64,000 nt of DNA, taken from a virus. Lineage: Duplodnaviria; Caudoviricetes. The stretch covers positions 1-64,000 of IMG/VR virus record IMGVR_UViG_3300042914_003272; one strand, given 5' to 3'. This document shows, one piece after another, positions 19,558-28,243 of the stretch; within the stretch, counting starts at the first letter, position 1, and the number at the start of each line of letters is the position of its first letter. The notes below the pieces were generated by a model, which saw only the letters and a list, made by a program, of their open reading frames with translations, ran no database searches and had not been told where the DNA came from. Position numbers and translations under genes: made by a program.

Positions 19558-21301
19558 AATTTGAATATCCTGTTGAATAGTTAGGGATGTCTCCAGGTTG
19601 TACTGGAGTTAATTCAGGGTTGTAATCTAATTCCTGGTAAAGGGTTTGAATTGACCTATTTATCAATGGGATGAGAGGTATTTCAGATGCTAAAGGAGCA
19701 TTATTTTGACTGTTAGGCAGTTGTCCCATTTGTCCGTAAAGCTGAAGCATTTGCCCTGTAGAAGATGCAACTGCACTCATATATCTAAATGGGTATCCAC
19801 CTTGCAACATTGCTTCTAATTCTTTTTCAGTTTTATTAGGAAATACGGTTCTTAAAGCCTCAAGACTTCTTACTCCTAATTCCTGATAGTTTCTAGCTGC
19901 AATAGTAGCTCGTTGGATATCATTTGCGTCAGGCTCAAATACTTCCCCTTTATGTCGCCATTTAACTTCTCTACTCCCGATAGGTTGTAACTGTCCTTTT
20001 ACTCTTCCTACTGGAGATAAGCCAAATACATTGGGTGGGATTTTATTCTTATCAAGTAATCCTGCAATAAATTCATTAGTTATTTGCGAAATATCTGGTT
20101 GTCCAGTTTCTTTATCAAACTTATTTAAAGCTGCTGCAAGTGAGAGTCTAAATAAGTCCTCTTCTGCTGCAATTGCCATCTCGAACAGTTTGCAGATGCC
20201 GTAGGTGTATATAGCTTCGCATTTTTTGGATGCTGTTGCATTAACTCTACCGTAAACCGATTTATTCGCGTAAGCTGTGGCGTTAGAACTAATTCCTCTT
20301 TCATCTATTCCTCCTAGAGCGTAATGGATTGCTTCTCTATTATCTTGTACATGGCGCACATGGTCAGGAGATATAGGGTCAGGTGCTATATACCCAAATC
20401 TTTCATCTCCCTGAACATTACCAATTACTTTTTTAACTTTGCCGTTTACACTCTTTCCATAGTTTGTGGGGTCTTGATTTACTGTACTAGGAGTAGAGCC
20501 ATAAAAACCAGAGGCACTAGACATTGTCCTGGATTTACGTCTGTCTTCATAAGCCTCTGTAACAACTTCTTTAATGGACCGTGTAGTAACTAAACTCGGA
20601 TTACCAAAAAAGTCTAGGTTTTCATCAATAGCTAGGTGTTGGCTGTCATGTTTTTCTATTTGAGATGCTAGTTGAACAAACTCACCTACTCCGGGTTCTC
20701 CTGGTTTAGACGGATTATTTTTAGCAACAACACAAGGGATAAAACCTAAAGTATTCTTAGTGGTTTTAACATTAGTTGAAAAAATTGCCTGCTGGTCTTG
20801 TTCAAAGTTAGGAGGAGCTTCAGAATAAGTCTGTGTAATTGTTTCAGAATTAATTGTTAACTTAATCCACTTAGTTTGATTCTGATAATTTCCACGCTCT
20901 TTATAAGAATAACGGATTACGACTTCATTCAATTCACCATCAAGATTATAGTAGTCTCTAAACTCATCTTTGTCAAAGAAATAAAATTTATAACTACCTT
21001 CTTTGGTTGGTCTAAGATAGAAAAGAACTTGACCTTTACCTAGATGTCTTTTCCAAATTTCATCTAGGTAAATGCCAACCTTATTTTGCTTCCAGATGTT
21101 ATCTAAAAACTTTTTTCTACTATCAAAATCATCGTCCTGGTCTGGGTATATTTCTATTCCTTGTCTAACCCCAAACATTATCATTTGAGCTAGGTGGTTG
21201 TGAATGACAAGAGTAGAGCCACCTACATTTTGTTTGTATTCTCTGGCATATACAGCTTCTAATATTTGGTTAATTGTTGCCATAATCTCGTAACCATACA
21301 T
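19103..21301 (-). CDS. portal protein
   Basis: 732 aa; NTLGFIPCV..N..GVGEF..I..HD..N..FFGNP portal-like pattern; head-gene context. Confidence 0.75.
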   Translation of the reverse strand: MYGYEIMATINQILEAVYAREYKQNVGGSTLVIHNHLAQMIMFGVRQGIEIYPDQDDDFDSRKKFLDNIWKQNKVGIYLDEIWKRHLGKGQVLFYLRPTKEGSYKFYFFDKDEFRDYYNLDGELNEVVIRYSYKERGNYQNQTKWIKLTINSETITQTYSEAPPNFEQDQQAIFSTNVKTTKNTLGFIPCVVAKNNPSKPGEPGVGEFVQLASQIEKHDSQHLAIDENLDFFGNPSLVTTRSIKEVVTEAYEDRRKSRTMSSASGFYGSTPSTVNQDPTNYGKSVNGKVKKVIGNVQGDERFGYIAPDPISPDHVRHVQDNREAIHYALGGIDERGISSNATAYANKSVYGRVNATASKKCEAIYTYGICKLFEMAIAAEEDLFRLSLAAALNKFDKETGQPDISQITNEFIAGLLDKNKIPPNVFGLSPVGRVKGQLQPIGSREVKWRHKGEVFEPDANDIQRATIAARNYQELGVRSLEALRTVFPNKTEKELEAMLQGGYPFRYMSAVASSTGQMLQLYGQMGQLPNSQNNAPLASEIPLIPLINRSIQTLYQELDYNPELTPVQPGDIPNYSTGYSNYDQYSNQLPISGVSGNATGVSTSTKSRSSSSISPAVPTYPTPLQSSGVLPLNGINQQSQQPGLMEGQLNQQLAIPPEYTVGIPSAGATVTDVTRNSQPQQPLLGSQPGYGSTPAGIPPDLAVSAREPGSIWQQLFPTFSKAFTKRKPKPKN

Positions 21302-21333
21302 TTGTTTTCTTTAGATTGTAATAGGTTTTTGTT

Positions 21334-21579
21334 TTATTTATCTCCATTGTGAAGACAACTTACAATTTCTTTTACTTGTTCTGTAATTGTAGTCATTTTG
21401 TATTCAATCATTTTTCTGTCTCCGGCTACCTCTTCAATGTGAAGTTCTAATTTTTTATTTACTGCCTCAATTGAATCTTCTATTTTTGCTTCCATTCTAG
21501 CAATCTGATAGATAAAACCAATTACTGAACAAATAATGCCTATGGTCTCCATATTTAGCTCAATATCTTTTATTTGCAT
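21334..21579 (-). CDS. small membrane/coiled-coil protein
   Basis: One hydrophobic helix then coiled coil. Confidence 0.45.
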   Translation of the reverse strand: MQIKDIELNMETIGIICSVIGFIYQIARMEAKIEDSIEAVNKKLELHIEEVAGDRKMIEYKMTTITEQVKEIVSCLHNGDK

Positions 21580-21587
21580 TTCTTCCT

Positions 21588-22151
21588 TTATCTTTTATTT
21601 AAACTTCTACGTGGGTCTTCTCCCCATAAATTGTCTTCCTCACTCATTTCTGTGTTAGCAATCCTGGAGTTGTTAATCAACTGTTGTGGTGGTGTAATAA
21701 TTTGATTAGGTTCTCCATTTTTACCCCAATTACCATTAACATCATTAGCTCTAATCTTGGGGTTGTCCTGTCCATCACCGTAACTGTATTGTGAAACTAA
21801 AGTCTTTGGTTCTTGGTAAGATTGAATCTTGTTTACAACAGCACCTTGAGGTAGTTGTTGTAAATATTCGTTGAGCATTCTAGCTTCATAATCCTGTCTA
21901 GCTTTTTTACCTGTTGTTACTGGTATCTGTTTTTGAGAAATAGCTTGAGGATTTTCTTTCCCAAATCTAAATACAGGCTTTTCTTCTTTAGCCTCTTTAT
22001 TACAAACTAAAGACTTATAAGCTTCGCAATTAAGTTTAAATAACTCAGAATAAACAAGTGCTGTCTCTAAGTCACCTTTTTCTAAATAATGCTCTATTGC
22101 TAATTGCAATTGAGTAATTATCTCTTCTTGTTTTTCGATTATTGATTCCAT
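21588..22151 (-). CDS. hypothetical protein
   Basis: AGGA RBS; first gene of the minus operon. Confidence 0.55.
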   Translation of the reverse strand: MESIIEKQEEIITQLQLAIEHYLEKGDLETALVYSELFKLNCEAYKSLVCNKEAKEEKPVFRFGKENPQAISQKQIPVTTGKKARQDYEARMLNEYLQQLPQGAVVNKIQSYQEPKTLVSQYSYGDGQDNPKIRANDVNGNWGKNGEPNQIITPPQQLINNSRIANTEMSEEDNLWGEDPRRSLNKR

Positions 22152-22199
22152 TTTAAATCCTGTATTTGTTTTGCTTGCAGTAGTTTTCCTATTACAAAG

Positions 22200-22221
22200 G
22201 CTAACGCCTTAAAAATGGTGA
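22200..22221 (+). promoter_or_regulatory. class A hairpin element
   Basis: AAGGC-TAAC-GCCTT, +11nt TGA. Confidence 0.7.
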
Positions 22222-22240
22222 TGTTTGTAATTTGTGACTT

Positions 22241-22384
22241 ATGACTACGCTCCTTCTTGACAAAACTCTCAATCTATTTGCTGATGTTATTGCATCCCTA
22301 CAACTGGAAACAGAAGAAGACAACTACTATGAAAACGAATATCTCAACTCAGTTGAAAACCGTTATTCACATTATGGTTTCTAG
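22241..22384 (+). CDS. small acidic hypothetical protein (47 aa, not in track)
   Basis: ATG..TAG ORF directly downstream of class A element 22200. Confidence 0.45.
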   Translation: MTTLLLDKTLNLFADVIASLQLETEEDNYYENEYLNSVENRYSHYGF

Positions 22385-22501
22385 GAACTATAAGAATACA
22401 CTTTAACTACTTCACTTTATCCACCCTATGCGAGTTAGGGTGGATATTTTCTTTTGCGTATGTGTACAGTTTTATATATATTTTTTGAGCTTATAAATTT
22501 C

Positions 22502-22579
22502 AATAACGTCACTATATTATTTATATATATTTGAGTGGAAATTTGAATAACGTCACTATATTATTTATATATATTTGAG
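22502..22579. repeat. 34-bp AT-rich direct repeat x2
   Basis: AATAACGTCACTATATTATTTATATATATTTGAG at 22502 and 22546. Confidence 0.9.
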
Positions 22580-22659
22580 GGGGCAAACTCAATTTATATA
22601 TATTATTTTAACCAAAAGAAAAAAGGGGGTGATGCCCTCAATTTTAAACCAATGAAGTT

Positions 22660-22698
22660 TTTATGGGTCGCTACGCTCCCAACTAATTGGTGTAGTTC
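22660..22698 (+). promoter_or_regulatory. class B hairpin element
   Basis: TTTATG..GCTACGC (22670)..TGTAGTT. Confidence 0.7.
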
Positions 22699-22714
22699 AT
22701 TTGGTTATTGGTTT

Positions 22715-22984
22715 ATGTTTACAGAGTTTCTTGCTACACTTTCTGATGCTGATTTGGCGGCTGTGTTGTGGTCACTAGCTGACTATGACATAACTCCGGA
22801 TGAAGATTATCCTGAGTATCATGTTCCTGTATCTGTTCAACAATGCTCAGAGATTCTTGAGAGCAGATGGGTAACTCTTCAAGATATTGAAGAATACCTA
22901 GAGATTCGTAAACAAGCTCGGACTCAATCCGAGTTGTGGAACGACCTTATGATTGGGTCGTATGACCCATTGGTTGGGTTCTAA
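22715..22984 (+). CDS. early hypothetical protein
   Basis: Start moved to ATG 22715, downstream of class B element. Confidence 0.55.
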   Translation: MFTEFLATLSDADLAAVLWSLADYDITPDEDYPEYHVPVSVQQCSEILESRWVTLQDIEEYLEIRKQARTQSELWNDLMIGSYDPLVGF

Positions 22985-22990
22985 CTTATT

Positions 22991-23019
22991 AGGGAATGGA
23001 TAAACCATTCCCTTTTTTT
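22991..23019 (+). terminator. intrinsic terminator fused to class B element
   Basis: AGGGAATGG-ATAAA-CCATTCCCT then T-run. Confidence 0.7.
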
Positions 23020-23052
23020 ATGGTCGCTACGCGCCCTAATTGTGGCGTAGTT
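23016..23052 (+). promoter_or_regulatory. class B hairpin element
   Basis: core 23026, CGTAGTT. Confidence 0.7.
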
Positions 23053-23067
23053 AACCAAGTTAAATAT

Positions 23068-23631
23068 ATGTCTGACCCAAGGTTTGAGGTCTTATATATC
23101 CCTGAGTGGGGATGTACAAGCAAAATTAGTGTATATTTAATCGCAGTTCCCAGTTACCTGGGAGACAAGCTTTGTTCATATTTGCAGCATCACCGATGCA
23201 AGTTCCAACAGCGTTGGAGCATTCAGCGGTTAAATCGTTGCGAATTTTTTGTGGAGGAAATTCCTTCACAAGTCTTAGACGCAATTTGTGTGAGAACCCT
23301 TGCCAACCAAGGCAAGGTTAATTTAGGCGTTAACTTTCAGGTTTGCCTCAAGGCCTGCCCAGTAACAGGAGAGCAACTGCTCTCTATTAAAGTCAATGGT
23401 AAAGATATCCCCGCTAGTGGGGACGACATGGATGATTATGAGTGGTGGCTTGCTCAAAATAACTTAGACCTCAAATTAAAGCCACTCATAGAAATGGCAG
23501 TTGACTCCGCTGAGTGCGATATCGCATTCTATTACGACACTAGGGTCAACCTCAATTTAAGGGAATTACTTGAATCTTGCGGTTTCGAGTATTCTCCTGA
23601 AGAGGAGGCTATGAGATTTTGTAAGTCATAA
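23068..23631 (+). CDS. early hypothetical protein
   Basis: Start moved to ATG 23068, downstream of class B element. Confidence 0.55.
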   Translation: MSDPRFEVLYIPEWGCTSKISVYLIAVPSYLGDKLCSYLQHHRCKFQQRWSIQRLNRCEFFVEEIPSQVLDAICVRTLANQGKVNLGVNFQVCLKACPVTGEQLLSIKVNGKDIPASGDDMDDYEWWLAQNNLDLKLKPLIEMAVDSAECDIAFYYDTRVNLNLRELLESCGFEYSPEEEAMRFCKS

Positions 23632-23647
23632 GTACAGGGGCAATTGC
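23626..23647 (-). promoter_or_regulatory. class A-like element on minus strand, doubling as + strand terminator
   Basis: GGGGC-AATT-GCCCC, minus-strand TGA at 11 nt. Confidence 0.45.
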
Positions 23648-23654
23648 CCCTTTT

Positions 23655-23691
23655 TTTTATGTGGGCTACGCCCTGTCTAGTAATTGTAGTT
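23655..23691 (+). promoter_or_regulatory. class B hairpin element
   Basis: core 23665, GGGC-TAC-GCCC. Confidence 0.7.
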
Positions 23692-23716
23692 AGCAAAATA
23701 ACGGTTTATAAAAGAT

Positions 23717-24073
23717 ATGGATTACTCAGTCTTTTTCTGCTTGGTTTTAATACTTGCATTGTTTGCTTGCATGACCGCGGATATAATTCTTGACCTTGAA
23801 GTGATTTGGAGTAACGCTGGACAAGTTCAATTACCAGAGACTGAAGTTAATATAATTGAATTAGCCAAGGAACAAATGATTCCTAAGCTTCCAATCCCTG
23901 GCTCTGACCTTTGGGCAAACCTAGATGCTCAATTTGAGCAATCTAAGTGCAAGGAACTAGATTACAACTCCCTAACAGTTAGGGAACTGAAAGGTATAGC
24001 CAAACAAAGGGCTATACCCAAATATGGCAGCATGAGAAAGTCTGAGTTGATTGCAGCTTTGCAGTCACAATAA
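23717..24073 (+). CDS. membrane-anchored Rho-N/HeH-domain protein
   Basis: N-terminal hydrophobic helix; LTVRELKGIAKQRAIPKYGSMRKSELIAAL. Confidence 0.7.
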   Translation: MDYSVFFCLVLILALFACMTADIILDLEVIWSNAGQVQLPETEVNIIELAKEQMIPKLPIPGSDLWANLDAQFEQSKCKELDYNSLTVRELKGIAKQRAIPKYGSMRKSELIAALQSQ

Positions 24074-24119
24074 CTTCCTGGGGGTGAAATTCCCCCCGTT
24101 TGTCTTTCGCATGGACAAG

Positions 24120-24141
24120 GCTAACGCCTGATAGGTTTTGA
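24120..24141 (+). promoter_or_regulatory. class A hairpin element
   Basis: AGGC-TAAC-GCCT, +11nt TGA. Confidence 0.7.
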
Positions 24142-24394
24142 TGTTAGTCTTGTCTGATTATGGGGACTACAAATGCGGATACACTTGAGATATTGGAATG
24201 GGAGATACAAGAGGTAAACACGACAAAACAGAGCATCCTATAAACCAAGCTAAAATAAACCCAGTCAAAGAACCTCTTTAACAATTTAAATATTCAGTTG
24301 TCTAGACAGTGGGCTAAAACAATATAGGTAATCAGGTTTTACAACCAACTTGCAATCAGAACTTTAGAGTTCCCAACTAATTCTTTACTTTAAT

Positions 24395-24612
24395 TGAGGG
24401 TCTCTCAACCAAGTCCCGGTTTCCCAGGTAAGGCAGAACTTTAGCCCGGTGTCCTCACGATTGCTTAAAGGACTGTTTACCAAGTCTGAACTCTATCCGG
24501 CATTTCGTCTGCTAACCAAGCCTAGTTCCTCACTAGCTCTACACTTCAAAGCCTCAAGAGCCTTACATCGTGGTGGTTTGCGTCTACTCACTCGTAGTTA
24601 GTTCAACCAAGT
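24395..24612 (-). ncRNA. candidate structured ncRNA (about 220 nt)
   Basis: ORF-free, several hairpins incl. GAAA tetraloop, long-range pairings, 4x CUUGGU, sigma70-like promoter upstream. Confidence 0.45.
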
Positions 24613-24618
24613 AAATAC

Positions 24619-24648
24619 AATATAGCAGACTTTGTGGTTAAGTGACAA
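24619..24648 (-). promoter_or_regulatory. sigma70-like promoter for candidate ncRNA
   Basis: TTGTCA-18nt-TATATT with extended TG. Confidence 0.5.
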
Positions 24649-24679
24649 GTCTTGCAGCTTGTTGTTCTGGCAAAGCTAT

Positions 24680-24717
24680 TTTTATGGTCGCTACGCTCCC
24701 TATATATAGTTGTAGTT
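24680..24717 (+). promoter_or_regulatory. class B hairpin element
   Basis: core 24690. Confidence 0.7.
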
Positions 24718-24731
24718 AACGAGGTTTGGTT

Positions 24732-24911
24732 ATGAGAATCACATTTAAACTGTCAGCACTGAATCGTATTCACTTGGCTGGGAAACAAGAACTCATGAAT
24801 CTGGCAGAGTTCTACGAGGTTGAGGGCTATGAGGATATGAGCATGGAAATGCTAAGGGAAGCCCTTGAGGAGGTAAAGTCCTCATTTAATGAGGACGGTT
24901 ACAGAGAGTAA
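24732..24911 (+). CDS. small Rho-N/HeH-like acidic protein (paralog 1)
   Basis: ELMNLA..EVEGYEDMSMEMLREALEE; GAGG RBS. Confidence 0.55.
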   Translation: MRITFKLSALNRIHLAGKQELMNLAEFYEVEGYEDMSMEMLREALEEVKSSFNEDGYRE

Positions 24912-24916
24912 ACAAT

Positions 24917-24942
24917 TGGAGGGCATTGTCCCTCCTTTTTTT
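24917..24942 (+). terminator. intrinsic terminator (duplicated at 25204)
   Basis: GGAGGGCATTGTCCCTCC plus T-run. Confidence 0.75.
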
Positions 24943-24976
24943 ATGGTCGCTACGCTCCCTATATATAGATGTAGTT
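24939..24976 (+). promoter_or_regulatory. class B hairpin element
   Basis: core 24949. Confidence 0.7.
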
Positions 24977-24992
24977 AATTCAGGTATTGATT

Positions 24993-25196
24993 ATGTTGGT
25001 CTTAAGTTATTTCGATATTTATTCTTATGATTTGTCCACTCTCAGACATTTTGCAAAGCTTGACCAGATAAAGGGTTTTGAGGATATGAGTTGTGAAGAA
25101 CTCAGAGAAGCTTTGGAGGAGGAAGGTCAGAGACTCGCCAGAGAAGGTGATGAAGCCTTGTCAAAGTTTGAGGAATCAAAGGAAGTGTTTGGTTAA
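24993..25196 (+). CDS. small Rho-N/HeH-like acidic protein (paralog 2)
   Basis: TLRHFA..QIKGFEDMSCEELREALEE. Confidence 0.55.
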   Translation: MLVLSYFDIYSYDLSTLRHFAKLDQIKGFEDMSCEELREALEEEGQRLAREGDEALSKFEESKEVFG

Positions 25197-25203
25197 TTTA
25201 TTC

Positions 25204-25227
25204 TTGGAGGGCATTGTCCCTCCTTTT
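25204..25227 (+). terminator. intrinsic terminator (copy of 24917)
   Basis: Identical TTGGAGGGCATTGTCCCTCCTTTT. Confidence 0.75.
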
Positions 25228-25465
25228 CTTCTGTTGGCTTCGCACAACCCCTGAAACCAAGACTACAACTACGTTTGCAATATTAATACACTTAGTCTTT
25301 CAGATGACATTCTTCTAGTAGAAATTACAATGGATTATTTGCAGCCTATTAACTGTAATCAAGTTAATAACAACAAAATCACTGAGAAGACAGATTAAAG
25401 CAAGCTTAATCTACTTAATTTAAAGTAAACCAAATAACATTAAACCAAATTTGACAATCTCAGTA

Positions 25466-25500
25466 TGTACAAAACGCCAAAGGCTTTGTACAAAACGCCA
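25466..25500. repeat. 14-bp direct repeat TGTACAAAACGCCA x2
   Basis: Copies at 25466 and 25487. Confidence 0.85.
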
Positions 25501-26049
25501 GACCGCAACTTGCTTGACTTGTACAAAGTGACAATTGGTCAACCACTATGCTTTCAGCCCATCTAAGACCACGATTGCTTGATAGCAGCATAACATTATT
25601 TAATCTGTGTATGGCTAATCGTACAATATCATAGTGAACTCAGTCATTCTACATACCTTCTCAGTAATCCGTACAAAGATATACTTATTCCCTGCTATTT
25701 TCTAATAATTAAAATAAACTAAAATCCTTTAACAGTAACGCTTTCAATTAATACAAAATAACTTTTAAATGCCTATTTCAACCCTATCAAAATACCTTTT
25801 TAACCAACGTCTCTATTGCTACCATCAAGCAAATAAACGCTGCTCTTATATTATATATATTAGTTAATATATTATATTAATTAAATTACGCACGATATAA
25901 GAAGACTACTTTATTTGAACAGGTGTCCTATTTGCAACACACCTCCGAATATAGACAGGCTATCGCCTGGTGCGCGCAGGGAAAACTTTCACCTAAAAAC
26001 CAAAAGAATTTTAAACCAGCAAGAAAGTTTAAACTAGCTTTGTTAAAAC

Positions 26050-26123
26050 AGGCTGTTAGGGTATATAGGCTGTTAGAAAAACAGGCTGCTAGAAAAACAG
26101 GCTATTAGAAAACCAGAAGTTAG
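26050..26123. repeat. iteron-like 16-17-bp tandem repeat
   Basis: AGGCT(G/A)(T/C)TAG at 26050, 26067, 26083, 26099, degenerate at 26115. Confidence 0.8.
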
Positions 26124-26382
26124 AGGGCTAGAGGGTACACAATGCTAGAAAACCTTCTGTACTGGGTTTACCCTTGCTTTCCCACCACAGAATTTCCTTC
26201 TTTGGTCTACGCCTTTGCCTTTTCCTGGGGATAAGCTTTCCGCCGCTCGTCCTCTGATTTGCCTCTATTTTTGTGTTTTAAATGCCTTTAATATCTTTCT
26301 GGGGTATTTAGTTATTAATCCAAATCCAAGAGGCTTTAACAAGGAAAATTGAAGGGATAATCTAAAACCACTGCAAAATTTT

Positions 26383-26625
26383 ATGCAACCATTGCCTAAC
26401 CCAGTCCCTAACAACCTTCCCCACATAGCCAACCTGGTTGCCGCAGACATCTTGTACCGGAAACAGATAGGCATTCGTAAATATGGTACTCCACTACAAC
26501 CTTTCAACAACAGAAGTGCTTTACAAGACGCTTATGAAGAAGTATTAGACTTAGCTAATTATCTCAAGCAAAAATTAGAAGAAGAACGGATTAATCTTGA
26601 CAATACAGATTACCCTGATTGGTAA
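26383..26625 (+). CDS. conserved small phage protein (MazG/NTP-PPase-like helices)
   Basis: R..IG..KYGTPL...ALQDAYEEVLDLANYL. Confidence 0.5.
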   Translation: MQPLPNPVPNNLPHIANLVAADILYRKQIGIRKYGTPLQPFNNRSALQDAYEEVLDLANYLKQKLEEERINLDNTDYPDW

Positions 26626-26641
26626 GCATACAAAGTACAAG

Positions 26642-26663
26642 GCTAACGCCTTATAAGCAGTGA
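26642..26663 (+). promoter_or_regulatory. class A hairpin element
   Basis: +11nt TGA. Confidence 0.7.
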
Positions 26664-26687
26664 AGTATCAACACAACAGTGCTGTAT

Positions 26688-26909
26688 ATGTCTAAAGAAA
26701 TAACTCAGGCTGCTGTAGTTGAATTTAACAACGCTAGAAAGTTGTTATCTGAAAACAACTTTCATGCTGTCCAAATGCTGCTTAACAATGACAGATACTG
26801 GTCTGTTATCTGGAAACTTAATGGTAAATTAACTAACATTAAAATTGGTTTGACTAAAGCCAAAGCCATTAAATTAGCAGAAGCTTTGAACAAAAAATTG
26901 AAACAATAA
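26688..26909 (+). CDS. hypothetical protein
   Basis: Downstream of class A element 26642. Confidence 0.55.
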   Translation: MSKEITQAAVVEFNNARKLLSENNFHAVQMLLNNDRYWSVIWKLNGKLTNIKIGLTKAKAIKLAEALNKKLKQ

Positions 26910-26913
26910 AGAT

Positions 26914-26951
26914 TTTTATGGTCGCTACGCTCCTACTTTGTAGGTGTAATT
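26914..26951 (+). promoter_or_regulatory. class B hairpin element
   Basis: core 26924, TGTAATT. Confidence 0.7.
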
Positions 26952-26962
26952 TATGGTGGTTT

Positions 26963-27361
26963 ATGTTTAAATCCTGCAATATTTGGAGCGGTAGCTCCGA
27001 TGGATTAAGTGCAGCATTAACTAACTGCACTGAAATTGCCTTTAGAAAAGGCAAGCTAAAAAATCACTACCCTATTGTTGATAAAAATGGGGTTGTTTTC
27101 CCTGACGCTGAAACAGCCTATAAACTACATAAAACAGGTGACATTGTAAAGGATAGAGCAATAATGATTAGGATTATTGCTGCCAAGCTAAGGCAATACC
27201 CACGCCTTACTCACCACATTACCGCACGTGGTGGTATCGAGTGGCTACAGACCTGTAGTCATATAGTTGGGGTAAAAGGTTCAAGGTGGGAAGGCGTGGG
27301 TACTGAAAGTAATTTTATAAGTTGCTTAATTGCAGCTTATGAAGTTGTGGTTGATGAGTAA
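26963..27361 (+). CDS. NADAR/YbiA-like protein
   Basis: NIWS..AALTN..F.DAETAY..M..II.AKL.QYP.L..WEG.G..F..L..AYE; start moved downstream of class B element. Confidence 0.5.
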   Translation: MFKSCNIWSGSSDGLSAALTNCTEIAFRKGKLKNHYPIVDKNGVVFPDAETAYKLHKTGDIVKDRAIMIRIIAAKLRQYPRLTHHITARGGIEWLQTCSHIVGVKGSRWEGVGTESNFISCLIAAYEVVVDE

Positions 27362-27390
27362 TGAATTAGGTGGTGTAAAAGCCACCTATT

Positions 27391-27430
27391 TTTTATGGTC
27401 GCTACGCTCCTAAATTATTTAGTTGTAGTT
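27391..27430 (+). promoter_or_regulatory. class B hairpin element
   Basis: core 27401. Confidence 0.7.
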
Positions 27431-27446
27431 TATTTTGCATTAAATC

Positions 27447-27863
27447 ATGAACATCCTACGTCATAAAAACGGTTACATTGGTAATACTAAAATCGTCTAT
27501 TGTGGTAGACTTAAATCCAATAAACAATGGAAATTAGGCAATCCATTTAGCTGGAAACGGTCTCAAGCCCGTTGGTTAGTTAAAGACCTAAAAGAATGCC
27601 TTGATAAATTCAAATTGTTTACTTGGGACTTAATTAATGAGCGTTGGAATAAATTCAACCCTGAAGATATTGAATTTGCCCAACAATATTGGACTCAAAT
27701 GAAATCCTTAGCAAATCAAATTAAGCAGGGTGAGGTTGATGCCCTCACCTGTTTTTGTGGTGAATGGAAAAACTTTACTCCAGTTAAAGGTGTTCCCTAT
27801 GAATGCCATACCCAAATATTATATGCAGCTTGCTTGTATATGATTGAAAAAGAAATTGTCTAA
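27447..27863 (+). CDS. DUF4326-like protein
   Basis: VYCGR..LGNPF..LTCFC..CH motifs. Confidence 0.6.
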   Translation: MNILRHKNGYIGNTKIVYCGRLKSNKQWKLGNPFSWKRSQARWLVKDLKECLDKFKLFTWDLINERWNKFNPEDIEFAQQYWTQMKSLANQIKQGEVDALTCFCGEWKNFTPVKGVPYECHTQILYAACLYMIEKEIV

Positions 27864-27887
27864 CCTGTTGGCGTTAGCAAGTACAAG

Positions 27888-27909
27888 GCTAACGCCTAAT
27901 TACTTTTGG
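27888..27909 (+). promoter_or_regulatory. class A hairpin element
   Basis: +11nt TGG. Confidence 0.65.
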
Positions 27910-27937
27910 TGGAAATTAACTAATCGGAGAAAAAGAA

Positions 27938-28159
27938 ATGACCAACTTAAATTTACCAGAAGAAATGACTTATTACTTTACGGAATGGAAGTCCGGTAAT
28001 CCTTATTTTGGAAAGTTTAAATCTAAAGATTACTGCGTAAATGGAAGATTAGAATACGAGAAAATATCTCAGTCTTTGGGATTTAAAATTAAAATTCAGC
28101 CTTTAAAAGATGAAAACTTGATAGAAAGGTTGAATCGTGAAGGGAACTTTTTTATCTAG
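27938..28159 (+). CDS. hypothetical protein
   Basis: GGAG RBS, class A upstream. Confidence 0.55.
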   Translation: MTNLNLPEEMTYYFTEWKSGNPYFGKFKSKDYCVNGRLEYEKISQSLGFKIKIQPLKDENLIERLNREGNFFI

Positions 28160-28178
28160 GCTTAATCGAATAAAGGTT

Positions 28179-28218
28179 TTTATGGGAGGCTACGCCTCCC
28201 TTTTTTTTGTTTGTAGTT
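28179..28218 (+). promoter_or_regulatory. class B hairpin element
   Basis: GGGAGGC-TAC-GCCTCCC, core 28189. Confidence 0.7.
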
Positions 28219-28243
28219 TTAGTTAATTTAATTAAAGTTTATC

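Noticed and set aside
25923-26108. 61-aa ORF
   Set aside because: Spans 16-nt non-triplet repeats, weak start, no RBS.
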